From Thermodesulfobacteriota bacterium (lineage in GTDB: Bacteria > Desulfobacterota > GWC2-55-46 > JBHHVK01): a stretch of DNA of 34,233 bases. The translations under genes were made by a program, and so were the position numbers. Of this stretch, positions 24,472-33,267 are shown piece after piece. The stretch spans positions 1 through 34,233 of the forward strand of contig JBHHVK010000001.1 of the NCBI GenBank assembly GCA_046754205.1, read 5' to 3'. The notes under the pieces are model-generated. The model made no database searches and was not told the origin of the DNA. It saw nothing but the letters and a program-made list of their open reading frames with translations. Numbering within the stretch: the stretch's first letter is position 1; every line of letters starts with the position of its first letter.

Positions 24472-25632
24472 TCAAAGCCCCCCCAGCGCCCCGCATATCC
24501 TATCCACCGCCCCCGCGACGACCGGCCTCGGGTAGGCGAGGTTCATCCTGAAAAACCCCTCTCCCCCGGGGCCGAATATAGAGCCCGGCGTGAGCGCCAC
24601 CCGGGCCTTATTAATGAGTAACTCCTCCATCTCCGTTTCTCCGAGGCCGAAACCACGCAGGTCGAGCCACCCGAGGTACGTCCCCTCAAGGGGGGCCACC
24701 CACACCCCGGGGAGCTTCTCGGCCAAACGCCCCCGCATAAGAGAGTAGTTCCCGTGGATGTACTCGACGAGCTCCCCGGCCCAGGGACCGCACCTGGAGT
24801 ATGCCGCCTCGCAGGCCACGGCCCCGAGCACGTTGGGACGGCCGAGCCCCGCCCGCACCAGAACGTCCTCGAACCTCTCGCGGAGGCCCGGCTCGGAGAT
24901 GATGACGTTACCCACCTGAAGCTCGGCCGTGTTGAAGGTCTTCGACGGAGAGGTGCAGGTGACCGTCACGCGCGCGGCCTCGTCCGAGAGCGACGCCGTG
25001 GGGGTGTGCCGGTGGCCTGGCATCACGAGGTCGAAGTGTATCTCGTCGGATACGATCGTTATCCCCCTTTCGATACAGAGCTCCACCAGGGTCCTCAGCT
25101 CCCCTTCGTCCCAGACCCTCCCCACCGGGTTGTGCGGGCTTGAGAGTATGAGGAGCTTCGTGCGCTCGTCGGCCTTCTCGGCGAGCCCCTCGAGGTCCAT
25201 CCGGTACCTTCCGTCCGCGAGCTTCAGGGGGTTAAAGAGGATCTTCCGCTCGTTATCGGTCACGGCGTGCATGAAGGGGTAGTATACCGGGGGCTGGAGG
25301 ACGACGTGATCCCCGCGCTCGGTATAGGCCTGCACGGCGAGGTACAGGGCCGGTATCACCCCCGGGGTTATGAGCACCCATTCCTTCTTGATAGGCCAGC
25401 TGAAGCGCTCCGAGCACCAGGCCGAGAGCGCCGCGTAGTAGCTCCCGGGCACCTCGGTGTATCCGAATATCCCGTGTCGCGCCCGTTCGATGACGGCGTC
25501 TATCACCTCCCGCGGGGCCCGGAGGTCCATGTCGGCGACGGTCATCGCCGTTACCCCCCGCTCGGCGTGGCCCGCCCACTTCGCCGAGCCCGTGCCCGCC
25601 CTATCTATTATCTCGTCGAATTCGCGCGCCAT
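24472..25632 (-). CDS. patB: PatB/MalY-type PLP-dependent C-S lyase (aminotransferase class I/II fold)
   Basis: The start is trimmed to ATG 25632 (MAREFDEIIDRAGTGSAKW), with GGAG 9 nt upstream. Family blocks are present: ADMDLRAP, SPHNPVGRVW, the PLP-Lys region TSPSKTFN, and FFRMNLA. Confidence 0.85.
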   Translation of the reverse strand: MAREFDEIIDRAGTGSAKWAGHAERGVTAMTVADMDLRAPREVIDAVIERARHGIFGYTEVPGSYYAALSAWCSERFSWPIKKEWVLITPGVIPALYLAVQAYTERGDHVVLQPPVYYPFMHAVTDNERKILFNPLKLADGRYRMDLEGLAEKADERTKLLILSSPHNPVGRVWDEGELRTLVELCIERGITIVSDEIHFDLVMPGHRHTPTASLSDEAARVTVTCTSPSKTFNTAELQVGNVIISEPGLRERFEDVLVRAGLGRPNVLGAVACEAAYSRCGPWAGELVEYIHGNYSLMRGRLAEKLPGVWVAPLEGTYLGWLDLRGFGLGETEMEELLINKARVALTPGSIFGPGGEGFFRMNLAYPRPVVAGAVDRICGALGGL

Positions 25633-25657
25633 CTCTTTTGTCTCCGCCTCCGGTCCT

Positions 25658-25686
25658 TTTGTACCAGCGCCCTGGCCGCCTGTCAA
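25658..25686 (-). promoter_or_regulatory. Sigma70-type promoter for the patB-like gene
   Basis: On the minus strand: -35 TTGACA (25686-25681), 17-nt spacer, -10 TACAAA (25663-25658). Confidence 0.55.
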
Positions 25687-25713
25687 GAGGGGGGGCGGGG
25701 GGCCCGGAAACCC

Positions 25714-25742
25714 TTGAATCCTCTGCCGACATTATATATAGT
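25714..25742 (+). promoter_or_regulatory. Sigma70-type promoter for the 147-aa orphan gene
   Basis: -35 TTGAAT (25714-25719), 17-nt spacer, -10 TATAGT (25737-25742). RBS GGGAG lies downstream, before ATG 25781. Confidence 0.55.
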
Positions 25743-25780
25743 TATGCATTGACCTGAATAAATAACTGCGGGAGCAAAGG

Positions 25781-26224
25781 ATGAAGATAGAGATAGACGT
25801 CGGTGAGCCGAGGGACTTTGACGCGGGCGGAGGCGCCACGGTCATTTCTGGCACGGTGAGGGAAGACCTCTCGGGCGAGAGGGAAATCGAGGAAGACCCC
25901 AGCGTCTCCTTCACCCTCCAGGCCACGGGCTCGAAGGGCAAGACCGTGGAGCCCCGGACCTACAAGGAGTTCTGGTTCGTGGCCGACACCCCCCCGGTCG
26001 AATGCGGCGGAATAAGGTTCAAGAGTTTACTGATGACGCCGAGGTACAGGTCTAAGAAGTCCCCGGTGGAGCTTCTGGCAAAGGGCCGAGAGGTCGTGGT
26101 CAACGCCATCTGGCGCCGCGACGGCGAGGGCTGGGACGCCCCGTCCGTGGAGGCGGCCCGCGAGGGGACCCTCGACGTCGAAGGGGTGATAATCGCCAAG
26201 GTGACGAAGGCCGAAGTGCAGTGA
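25781..26224 (+). CDS. Hypothetical cytoplasmic protein, no family recognised
   Basis: 147-aa ORF with codon usage typical of this window, its own promoter and an RBS. No signal peptide, TM helix or motif that I recognise. Confidence 0.6.
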   Translation: MKIEIDVGEPRDFDAGGGATVISGTVREDLSGEREIEEDPSVSFTLQATGSKGKTVEPRTYKEFWFVADTPPVECGGIRFKSLLMTPRYRSKKSPVELLAKGREVVVNAIWRRDGEGWDAPSVEAAREGTLDVEGVIIAKVTKAEVQ

Positions 26225-26532
26225 CCTCTTGAAAGTACTCGCCTTTTTGTCCCTGTTGTGAGCAGGGTCACATATCGAGGCTCGACCGTACAGGTAGAAT
26301 CAGCCGTTGTAGTCCACCCGGGGCCATAGCGATGGAATAAGGCGGAGGACGCGCCCGGCGGCTCTAATGGGGCTTTAATGTTCGTTCCCTTATCGTTAGG
26401 GGGTGGTGGTCCGTCCAGGGCCGAGTGCATATGATTAACGGAGTCGTTGTCAGGGACACAGGCGGTCCCGGGGGGAGGGGGCGTGTATTCCTCTTGCCAC
26501 CGGACGTACTGAACAAAGCAAGGAGAGAAGGC

Positions 26533-27747
26533 ATGGCGTCATTCGGAAGGAAGTATCTTTACGGCTTGCTGGCCTGCGCATTGGCGCTTGGCCTGTGGGC
26601 GGGCCTGGGCGGCAACGCCCTCGCCAAGGGGGGGAGCGCTTTCAAGTGGAAGACCACCTTTCAGTCTGAGTTTCTCTATGACAGCAACATCTATAAACTG
26701 TCGGACACCCAGATAAGCAGGCTCGACGCCAACAAGGCCGCGGACAGGACAAGCGGCCGCTTCAACGACATGAAGTCCGCCGATGACTTCATCTTGACCC
26801 CGCGCCTCAAGGTCACTCTTTCTACCCCGGGTCTCGGCGGCAAGGAACTCAAGATCAGCCCCAACGTACTCTATAATCTATATCTGCAGAGCCAGAAGAA
26901 GAGCCACCTCGTCTCCGGGCTCGACCTGCGGCAGACGGTCGGGGCCCACGACACGCTGGGCCTGGACTTCAAGTACGCGCCCAACGTCTTCAAGAAAAAC
27001 TACCTGACAGGCACGACGAACCCGTCCGGGCCGGTCCTGGACAGTGAAAGGATCTACGGGGCGGCCACGTACGACCGTATCGACGTCGAGGCCTCTTACC
27101 GCCACCGGCTGTGGAAAAAACCCGGCGGCAAGGCGGGTTCCACGGGGATCGAAAAGGTATACGGCACGGCCACGGTCGGGCTCCAGAGCAAGGAATACGA
27201 CGCCCCCTTCAGGAACCGCAACGAGGACTCGATCCTCGGAGGCGCCGGCCTCGACCTTGAATTCGGCAAGGGGGCCGTCCTCGCCTTCAGCTACCTCTTC
27301 AAGAGTATCAATACCCCGACCGACCCCGAGATCCTGATCCGCAACGAGACCGACTTCGGTGTAGACCTCAACGCGGATGGAGACGCCCTGGACCTCGACG
27401 TCGCGACCGTGCAGAGGGTGAACCGCTCGCGCTTAGAGCATAAGCTCGGGGTAAAGTTCAAGGGCGATATCAACGATCAATGGGAAGGGTTTTTCAAATA
27501 CGACATCCGTCTGCAGGATTACCAGTCGACGGAGACCTTCGACGTCACGCGCATCGACCGCCAGGACTTCCGCCACAGGTTCGGCCTCGGCTTTAAGGGG
27601 GACTACGGCAGCCACTGGACCCTCGGGTTCGAGGGGCGATACACCATCGAGGACGCCGATAGGGCCGGACTGGCGACCGTAAACCAGGCGGAGCAGAAGT
27701 CATATAACAGGTACGAGCTCGGGGCCACCCTCTCGTACAGGCTCTAG
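26533..27747 (+). CDS. Outer-membrane beta-barrel protein (exopolysaccharide-locus-type barrel)
   Basis: The start is trimmed to ATG 26533 with RBS AGGAGAG. Signal peptide MASFGRKYLYGLLACALALGLWAGLGGNALA. The rest shows an alternating amphipathic strand pattern with aromatic girdle residues (FQSEFLYDSNIY, LGLDFKYAPNVF, WTLGFEGRYTI, YELGATLSYRL). Confidence 0.7.
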   Translation: MASFGRKYLYGLLACALALGLWAGLGGNALAKGGSAFKWKTTFQSEFLYDSNIYKLSDTQISRLDANKAADRTSGRFNDMKSADDFILTPRLKVTLSTPGLGGKELKISPNVLYNLYLQSQKKSHLVSGLDLRQTVGAHDTLGLDFKYAPNVFKKNYLTGTTNPSGPVLDSERIYGAATYDRIDVEASYRHRLWKKPGGKAGSTGIEKVYGTATVGLQSKEYDAPFRNRNEDSILGGAGLDLEFGKGAVLAFSYLFKSINTPTDPEILIRNETDFGVDLNADGDALDLDVATVQRVNRSRLEHKLGVKFKGDINDQWEGFFKYDIRLQDYQSTETFDVTRIDRQDFRHRFGLGFKGDYGSHWTLGFEGRYTIEDADRAGLATVNQAEQKSYNRYELGATLSYRL

Positions 27748-27791
27748 GCGGCCCCGGGGCCGCAGGGACCATAACAGGGAAGGCAGCGGAC

Positions 27792-28961
27792 ATGGAAGAA
27801 GCAAGAAAACGGGTCCTCTTCACCGGATACGCGCCGATTCACTTCGTCTGCTTCCTTCCGGTCTACAGGCTGCTGGCCGCCGACCCCAGGGTCGAACTCT
27901 TCCTCTCCGGCGGGTTCAAGCGGACCGACCATGACGAGGTGACCTTCAGCCTCGAAGGCTTCTATGACCCCTTTCCCGTGGACCAGAGCCGGGTCTTGCC
28001 CATAGAGGAGGTCAGGCGCCAGGACTTCGACGTACTGGTCTCGGCGCACCTGTCGGACACCCTCTTCCCCCGGTCCGTAAATAAGACGGTGCAGATATTC
28101 CACGGCGTCTCCTTCAAAAACCTCTCGGTCAGGGAGAAGGCCCTGCGCTTCGACCTGCTCTGCCTGCCCGGCCGGTATCATTCCGAGCTCTACCGCAGAC
28201 AGGGGCTAGTTCGGGGCGACGGCCCGGTCTGCCTCCTTACCGGGCTGCCCAAGGTGGACGCCCTGGCGACCGGAGACCTGGACCGCGACGCCGTGCTTCG
28301 CGGCGCCGGGGTGGACCCGGGTCTTCCCACCATCCTCTTCGCGCCCACGGGAGACAAGCACAACGCCCTGGACACCATGGGCCCGGAGGTGATACGGGCC
28401 GTGGCGGAACAGGGGTCGTGGAACCTCTTGATAAAACCTCATGACCATCCCAAGCGGGACGTCGACTGGTTCGCCGAGCTTGCGCCGATGGAGAGCGACC
28501 GTGTCCGCCTCGTCAGGGACAGGGACATCATACCTTACCTCTTTGCCGCGGACCTCCTAATGACGGACGCCTCGTCGGTAGCCGTCGAATACACGCTCAT
28601 GGACCGCCCCATCGTCTTCATAGACGTCCCCAAGCTCTTCAAGAAGCTGCGCAAGCGGGCGCCGGCACTTGACCTCGACACCTACGGCCGGAAGATAGGC
28701 GTCGTGGTGAAGAGCCCTGAAGAAGTGGTCGCGGCCGTGTCCTCTGGCCTCGCCCACCCGGAAAGGGAGGGGGATATAAGAAGGGCCATGGCGACCCATG
28801 TCTTTTACGCGCCCGGGGGGGCGACGGAAAGGGTGGCCGGCGTGGTCCTCCATGCGGCCGGCCTCGCCCCGGGGCTGCCCGGGGACGTGGAGGTCCTCCG
28901 GCCCGAGGATGAATCCGGAGGCGCCCCCGATGGTTCCGGCGCCGTCTCCGGCGGCGGCTGA
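27792..28961 (+). CDS. TagF/TagB-family CDP-alcohol phosphotransferase (CDP-glycerol glycerophosphotransferase-like)
   Basis: Family blocks are present: VQIFHGVSFKN (catalytic His region), ILFAPTGD, LLIKPHDHP, and LLMTDASSVAVEYTLMDRPIVFID (compare LITDYSS..D....KP.IFF). The C-terminal tail is Gly/Pro-rich. Confidence 0.8.
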   Translation: MEEARKRVLFTGYAPIHFVCFLPVYRLLAADPRVELFLSGGFKRTDHDEVTFSLEGFYDPFPVDQSRVLPIEEVRRQDFDVLVSAHLSDTLFPRSVNKTVQIFHGVSFKNLSVREKALRFDLLCLPGRYHSELYRRQGLVRGDGPVCLLTGLPKVDALATGDLDRDAVLRGAGVDPGLPTILFAPTGDKHNALDTMGPEVIRAVAEQGSWNLLIKPHDHPKRDVDWFAELAPMESDRVRLVRDRDIIPYLFAADLLMTDASSVAVEYTLMDRPIVFIDVPKLFKKLRKRAPALDLDTYGRKIGVVVKSPEEVVAAVSSGLAHPEREGDIRRAMATHVFYAPGGATERVAGVVLHAAGLAPGLPGDVEVLRPEDESGGAPDGSGAVSGGG

Positions 28962-29023
28962 CAGGGCGCCGCACCGGCCTAGTCAGTCCTCCCCCTGTTG
29001 GAGCAACCCGAAGGCTTGCCTGG

Positions 29024-30763
29024 ATGTGGACCAAAAAGAAAAAGCAGCGGGCGATTGACGCCATCATCACCTATGGGGGTCCGCACAGGCGGCGGCTCGT
29101 GCGGGGCGGACTCGCGACCATAGGCGTGGTGTTTTTCCGTCTGGCGATGCCATGGCCTCTGCGCGGCGTGGTGGAGGTCGTCTTCCCGAGGGGGTCGCAC
29201 AGCGGAAGACTCATGGTGGACTACCTTCCCGGCTGGGGAGACCCGGTGCTGTGGCTGGGCGGCGTCTATCTGCTCCTCGCCCTGGGGCTCGGCGTCTCCG
29301 AGTACATTCAGCGAGTCGACATCATGAGGTTCGCGGCCGGCACGGTCCACGACATGCGCGCGGCCGCGGTGAGGGCGGCGAAGTGGCTGCCCCTTCAGGA
29401 ACGGGCGACCTCGGGCGACCTCATCGCGCGCATCATCGGGGACAGCGCGCGGATCAAGGCCGGCCTTTCCGGCATCATGGTCCACGGCCTGCAGAACGGG
29501 TTGCTCTTTCTCGCCGTCTGTCTGTTGCTGCTCTACATATCCCTTCCTCTCGGGATGGTCTTCCTGGTGGCGGGCGTCATCGCTCTTTATATCGGGCTTA
29601 CGACTTCAACCCCGGTGGCCGAGACCGCGAGCAAGCATAGGAGCAAGGAGGGGGACTACGCGGCCGCGCTTCAGGAGGGGTTGGAGACCGGCGGGCTGGA
29701 CCTTCAGCTCGAGGAGCTCAACTCGTCGAGCGCGCGCAAGGAGGTGAAGACGACACGGCTTATCGCCCGTTCGTCCCTCTTCATCCACGTGGTGCTGGCC
29801 GCCGCGGTCGGGCTGGCCCTGTGGGTGGGGGCCAAGGGGGTGACGGCCGGGATGATAGCGCCGGGAGAGCTCTTCCTCTTCATCGCCTACGCTCTTACGG
29901 TCCACCGCCGCATGGTACAGGTAGGGCGCCAGTCCGCCCGCACGGGAAAGGTCCTGGCCTGCGCTAACCGGATAGGCAGCATCATCAGCAACGCCGCCTC
30001 AGCCGGGGCCCGGCGGCCGACCGCGCCTGACATGGCGCCGCTCGAATCGGGGCTCCGCCTCGAAGAGGTCAAGGTCGCTTCCGACGGGGGCCGCGGCGGC
30101 AGGCCGAGGCTCCGCCGTACGGACCTGAGCGTCCATCCCGAAACGCGGGTAGCCGTGCTCGGGTCCATCGGCTCCGGCAAATCGACGCTTCTCCGCGTCC
30201 TGGCCGGGGTGGAGACCCCGGATAAGGGAAAGGTATTCTGGGACGGGGAAGAGGTGTCGAAAAAGGAGGGGACCCTCGCGTCCAGGGTCGCCTACCTTCG
30301 CCAGTATCCGGTCTTTCCACCGACCCATATCTGGAAGACCATCGGCCTCCGGGAACCGGGCGCGTTGACGGTCGAGCAGGAGGAGACCCTGCGGCGCATC
30401 GAAGCCTGGAAGGTGATTCAGAGCTTTAGCAAGGGGGTGGAGAAGAAGGTGGGCTCGAGCAGCATCTCCAGAAACGAGGCGCGCATCCTGCGCCTGGCCG
30501 GCATCCTTCTGGGAAGCGGGTCGTCGGTGTGGCTGCTGGACAACCCGGTGCAGGGGTTCGCGCGCAAGAGGGCCAAGCGGTGCCTGGGTGAAATCCTCAA
30601 ATGCGCGACGGACCGGACGGTGGTGATAGCCCTTGCCGAGCCGCTCCTTCTCGACCGCTTCGACCGGGTGCTCTTTCTGCGCGGCGGGAAGGTCCGCTTC
30701 GACGGGACCCCGGCCGAGTGGGAAGAGTGGAGACGCGCCCAGCGGCGGAGAGTACAATCCTGA
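29024..30763 (+). CDS. ABC exporter half-transporter (6-TM domain plus NBD) with a degenerate ATPase site
   Basis: The TMD has 6 helices of the exporter type. In the NBD, Walker A GSIGSGKST and Q-loop LRQ are intact. The signature LSGGQ is replaced by ISRNE (nt 30464-30478). Walker B reads VWLLDN, with Asn507 (nt 30542-30544) in place of the catalytic Glu. The H-loop His is replaced within VVIALAEP. Confidence 0.8.
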   Translation: MWTKKKKQRAIDAIITYGGPHRRRLVRGGLATIGVVFFRLAMPWPLRGVVEVVFPRGSHSGRLMVDYLPGWGDPVLWLGGVYLLLALGLGVSEYIQRVDIMRFAAGTVHDMRAAAVRAAKWLPLQERATSGDLIARIIGDSARIKAGLSGIMVHGLQNGLLFLAVCLLLLYISLPLGMVFLVAGVIALYIGLTTSTPVAETASKHRSKEGDYAAALQEGLETGGLDLQLEELNSSSARKEVKTTRLIARSSLFIHVVLAAAVGLALWVGAKGVTAGMIAPGELFLFIAYALTVHRRMVQVGRQSARTGKVLACANRIGSIISNAASAGARRPTAPDMAPLESGLRLEEVKVASDGGRGGRPRLRRTDLSVHPETRVAVLGSIGSGKSTLLRVLAGVETPDKGKVFWDGEEVSKKEGTLASRVAYLRQYPVFPPTHIWKTIGLREPGALTVEQEETLRRIEAWKVIQSFSKGVEKKVGSSSISRNEARILRLAGILLGSGSSVWLLDNPVQGFARKRAKRCLGEILKCATDRTVVIALAEPLLLDRFDRVLFLRGGKVRFDGTPAEWEEWRRAQRRRVQS

Positions 30764-30808
30764 GTGGCGACAGGGCCGGGGCCTTATTGAAATAGGAGGG
30801 GGATTCTG

Positions 30809-32062
30809 ATGCAAGCGGTAATACTCGCGGCGGGTTTCGGGAGCCGGTTGGAGAGGGTGTCGGACGGCATGCCGAAGTGCCTGCTTCAGGTCGGAGGGCG
30901 TCCTCTGATCGAACATCAACTGGAGGCCCTTCACGACGCCGGTATCGGCAGGATACTCGTAGTGGTCGGCCATAAGGCCGATGAGGTGCGCAAGACCCTC
31001 GGAAACCGGGTCGAGTACATCGAGAACACCCGTTACGACAAGACGAACAGCATCTATTCCCTCTGGCTTGCAAGGGACTGGGTCAATGGCCCCATGGTCC
31101 TTCTGAACTGCGACCTCCTCTTCCATCCGGACATACTGGACCGCCTTCTGTCAAAGGGCGGGAATGCGCTGGCCTTCGACTCCACGTCGACCAAGGGCAA
31201 GGAGCAGACGAAGGTGGCCGTAAGGGAAGGCAAGGTCATAGACCTCGGCAAGGACCTCGCTCCCGAGCTGGCTCGCGGTGAAAGCCTGGGACTCTTGAGC
31301 TTCGACGCCGCCGGGGTCCATTCCCTCTTTTCCAGGGCCCACGCCCTGGTCCAGAACGAAGGTGAAAACAGCTGGGTCATCGAGGCGGTCCGGTCGGTAT
31401 GCTCGGACGTCGATATGCGGGCGCTGAACGTGGCCGGGTCGGCATGGGTGGAGATAGATTTTCCGAACGACCTTGAGCGCGCCCGCAAGGAGGTCTGGCC
31501 CGCCATACAGAGCAGCCACTGGAAGAGGACCATATACTGGAGGAAGACGAAGTACGTAGTCATGGCGCTCGTCACGGCGGCCCTTGTCTCCACCGGTCTG
31601 GTTATCGGTTCCTATTCCGGGCCCGAAAAGGTCGCCTGGACCTACGAATCCCCTCCCGGGGCCGAGAGGGCGATACTGAAGGTCTCAAAGGGGCACCAGA
31701 GGTGGTGGATGTCGTCGCGGGAAAAACCCATGAGCGTGGTGATCGACGGCCCTTCGCAGGTGCGTATCGACGTGCGGCTCCTGATGCCGCCGGGCACCGC
31801 CGAGCCGGGAAGGTACGTCGTCGAGGTCGCGCTCGATGGTAAGCCCGTCACCTGGCAGAGCTTCAAGGCCACCCCGGACCTGGACTCCTCCCTCCCGGAC
31901 TGGGTCGTGGGAGACCGGGACCGGGTCAGGCTGGAGATACCCGAGGGCGGCCACTCGGTCGAAGTCGGCCTGCTGGCGGGCACCAGCGACAGGTTCCTGG
32001 CGCGCATAGGCTACCCCGAGCCCGTCTCACCCGATGGAAACCTCGAAGAGAATAACGAGTAG
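30809..32062 (+). CDS. LicC/IPCT-like cytidylyl (nucleotidyl) transferase fused to a TM helix and an extracytoplasmic domain of about 150 aa
   Basis: N-terminus: MQAVILAAGFGSRL..MPKCLLQV.GRPLIEHQLEAL..ILVVVGHK..NSIYSLWLA..WVEIDFPNDLERA, which is very similar in pattern to LicC-type CTP:phospho-alcohol cytidylyltransferases. Residues about 249-269 (YVVMALVTAALVSTGLVIGSY, nt 31553-31615) form a TM helix. The C-terminal domain is unrecognised. RBS AGGAGGGGG is present. Confidence 0.75.
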   Translation: MQAVILAAGFGSRLERVSDGMPKCLLQVGGRPLIEHQLEALHDAGIGRILVVVGHKADEVRKTLGNRVEYIENTRYDKTNSIYSLWLARDWVNGPMVLLNCDLLFHPDILDRLLSKGGNALAFDSTSTKGKEQTKVAVREGKVIDLGKDLAPELARGESLGLLSFDAAGVHSLFSRAHALVQNEGENSWVIEAVRSVCSDVDMRALNVAGSAWVEIDFPNDLERARKEVWPAIQSSHWKRTIYWRKTKYVVMALVTAALVSTGLVIGSYSGPEKVAWTYESPPGAERAILKVSKGHQRWWMSSREKPMSVVIDGPSQVRIDVRLLMPPGTAEPGRYVVEVALDGKPVTWQSFKATPDLDSSLPDWVVGDRDRVRLEIPEGGHSVEVGLLAGTSDRFLARIGYPEPVSPDGNLEENNE

Positions 32063-32113
32063 CGGTCTTTGCCGGAAGGCCGTTTTACCGAATAGACCAT
32101 GCAAGGGGGCGTC

Positions 32114-32533
32114 ATGAAGAGCTACAGGAAGGAGCTTGCCTTCAACATACCCGCGAGGCGGGGGTTCGTGAACATAACCCCCGACGTCGAGGCCGCCCTT
32201 GCCGAAAGCGGCGTCGTCGAGGGCCTCGCGCTCGTAAACTCCATGCACATCACCTCGTCGGTCTTCATAAACGACGATGAGCCGGGCCTGCACGGCGACT
32301 TCGAGGCCTGGCTCGAGGGGCTCGCCCCCCACGAGCCCGTAAGCCGCTACAGGCACAACGACACGGGCGAGGACAACGGCGACGCCCATCTGAAGCGCAC
32401 GGTGATGGGCAGGGAGGTCGTGGTCGCGGTGACGGGCGGACGCCTCGACCTCGGCACCTGGGAGAGGATCTTCTACGGCGAGTTCGACGGCAGACGCAGG
32501 AAGAGGCTCCTCGTAAAGATAATCGGAGAGTGA
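32114..32533 (+). CDS. yjbQ: YjbQ/UPF0047 family protein (secondary thiamine-phosphate synthase-like)
   Basis: Family blocks are present: [59 protein letters not shown] prefer ATG 32114 because AGGGGG lies upstream. Confidence 0.85.
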   Translation: MKSYRKELAFNIPARRGFVNITPDVEAALAESGVVEGLALVNSMHITSSVFINDDEPGLHGDFEAWLEGLAPHEPVSRYRHNDTGEDNGDAHLKRTVMGREVVVAVTGGRLDLGTWERIFYGEFDGRRRKRLLVKIIGE

Positions 32534-32676
32534 TCGTCCGTGGACTCACGCCTGAATTGTAAAAGACAGCGCTGCATCTATCGGTCAACGTCAGACGATG
32601 TGAGGGGTCCTTCCTGTAACGGACAATTGTAATTCTCGCCTGAATAGTGTATATTTCAGAAGATAATTATGAGTAT

Positions 32677-32700
32677 GGTGGGCTGTGCCCACCAGTTTTT
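32677..32700 (+). terminator. Intrinsic terminator-like hairpin
   Basis: GGTGGGC-tgt-GCCCACC followed by AGTTTTT. It lies in the AT-rich spacer after yjbQ, immediately before the left REP hairpin. Confidence 0.6.
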
Positions 32701-32706
32701 CCACGC

Positions 32707-32731
32707 GGGTTCAGGTTTTCAACCTGAACCC
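32707..32731. repeat. REP-like palindromic hairpin, left flank of the RAYT gene
   Basis: GGGTTCAGGTT-TTC-AACCTGAACCC, with 11-bp perfect arms. Confidence 0.85.
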
Positions 32732-32757
32732 TAAAGTTCATAACTGAAAAAAAGCCC

Positions 32758-33261
32758 ATGCCATCGATAAGGATTCCGAGAGACGCTTCCTCTGGTTACT
32801 ACTTCCTTACCTTCACGGTGCGTAACTGGTACTATGTCCTCGACAGGCACAACCGTTTTGAGATACTCGGCGACGCGCTGAAGTTCTCGATAGAGAAAAA
32901 GTCCCTCAAGCTCTACGCCTATGTCTTCATGCTCAACCACCTGCACCTCGTCGTCTCTTCCCCCGACGTAGTTGGATTCGTCAGGGACTTCAAGAGGCAT
33001 ACGTCTAAGGAGATGCTCAATAACATCACCGCAACAGAGCCGGATGTCCTCAAGCTTTTCGAGGTAGGAGGGGGGAGGCACGAGTTCTGGGCAAGGACGA
33101 ATATGCCGAAGTCCGTAGAGGGCGAGGGGTTTCTATTGCAGAAGGTCGACTACATCCACAAAAACCCTGTGCGCAAGCAGTACGTGATGAGACCGGAGGA
33201 TTGGGTATGGTCGTCGGCGAATTCTGAGAGCGAGGTTCCCGTCGAGCCTTTGCCGGTATGA
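32758..33261 (+). CDS. REP-associated tyrosine transposase (RAYT; IS200/IS605-type Y1 HUH transposase)
   Basis: HUH motif in FMLNHLHLVV and catalytic Tyr motif in VDYIHKNPV. The 167-aa size is typical of the family. The gene is flanked on both sides by near-identical palindromes. Confidence 0.88.
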   Translation: MPSIRIPRDASSGYYFLTFTVRNWYYVLDRHNRFEILGDALKFSIEKKSLKLYAYVFMLNHLHLVVSSPDVVGFVRDFKRHTSKEMLNNITATEPDVLKLFEVGGGRHEFWARTNMPKSVEGEGFLLQKVDYIHKNPVRKQYVMRPEDWVWSSANSESEVPVEPLPV

Positions 33262-33267
33262 ATTACA

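Noticed and set aside
26425-26532. Upstream extension of the OM barrel ORF (MHMINGVVVRDTGGPGGRG..).
   Set aside because: It has no signal peptide at that start. ATG 26533 has an AGGAGAG RBS and is followed directly by a canonical signal peptide.
24321-32533. A tRNA-Gly-anchored genomic island covering the patB-to-yjbQ region.
   Set aside because: I found no integrase and no direct repeat of the tRNA 3' end. Codon usage of these genes matches the rest of the window. The compositional break occurs only after 32535.
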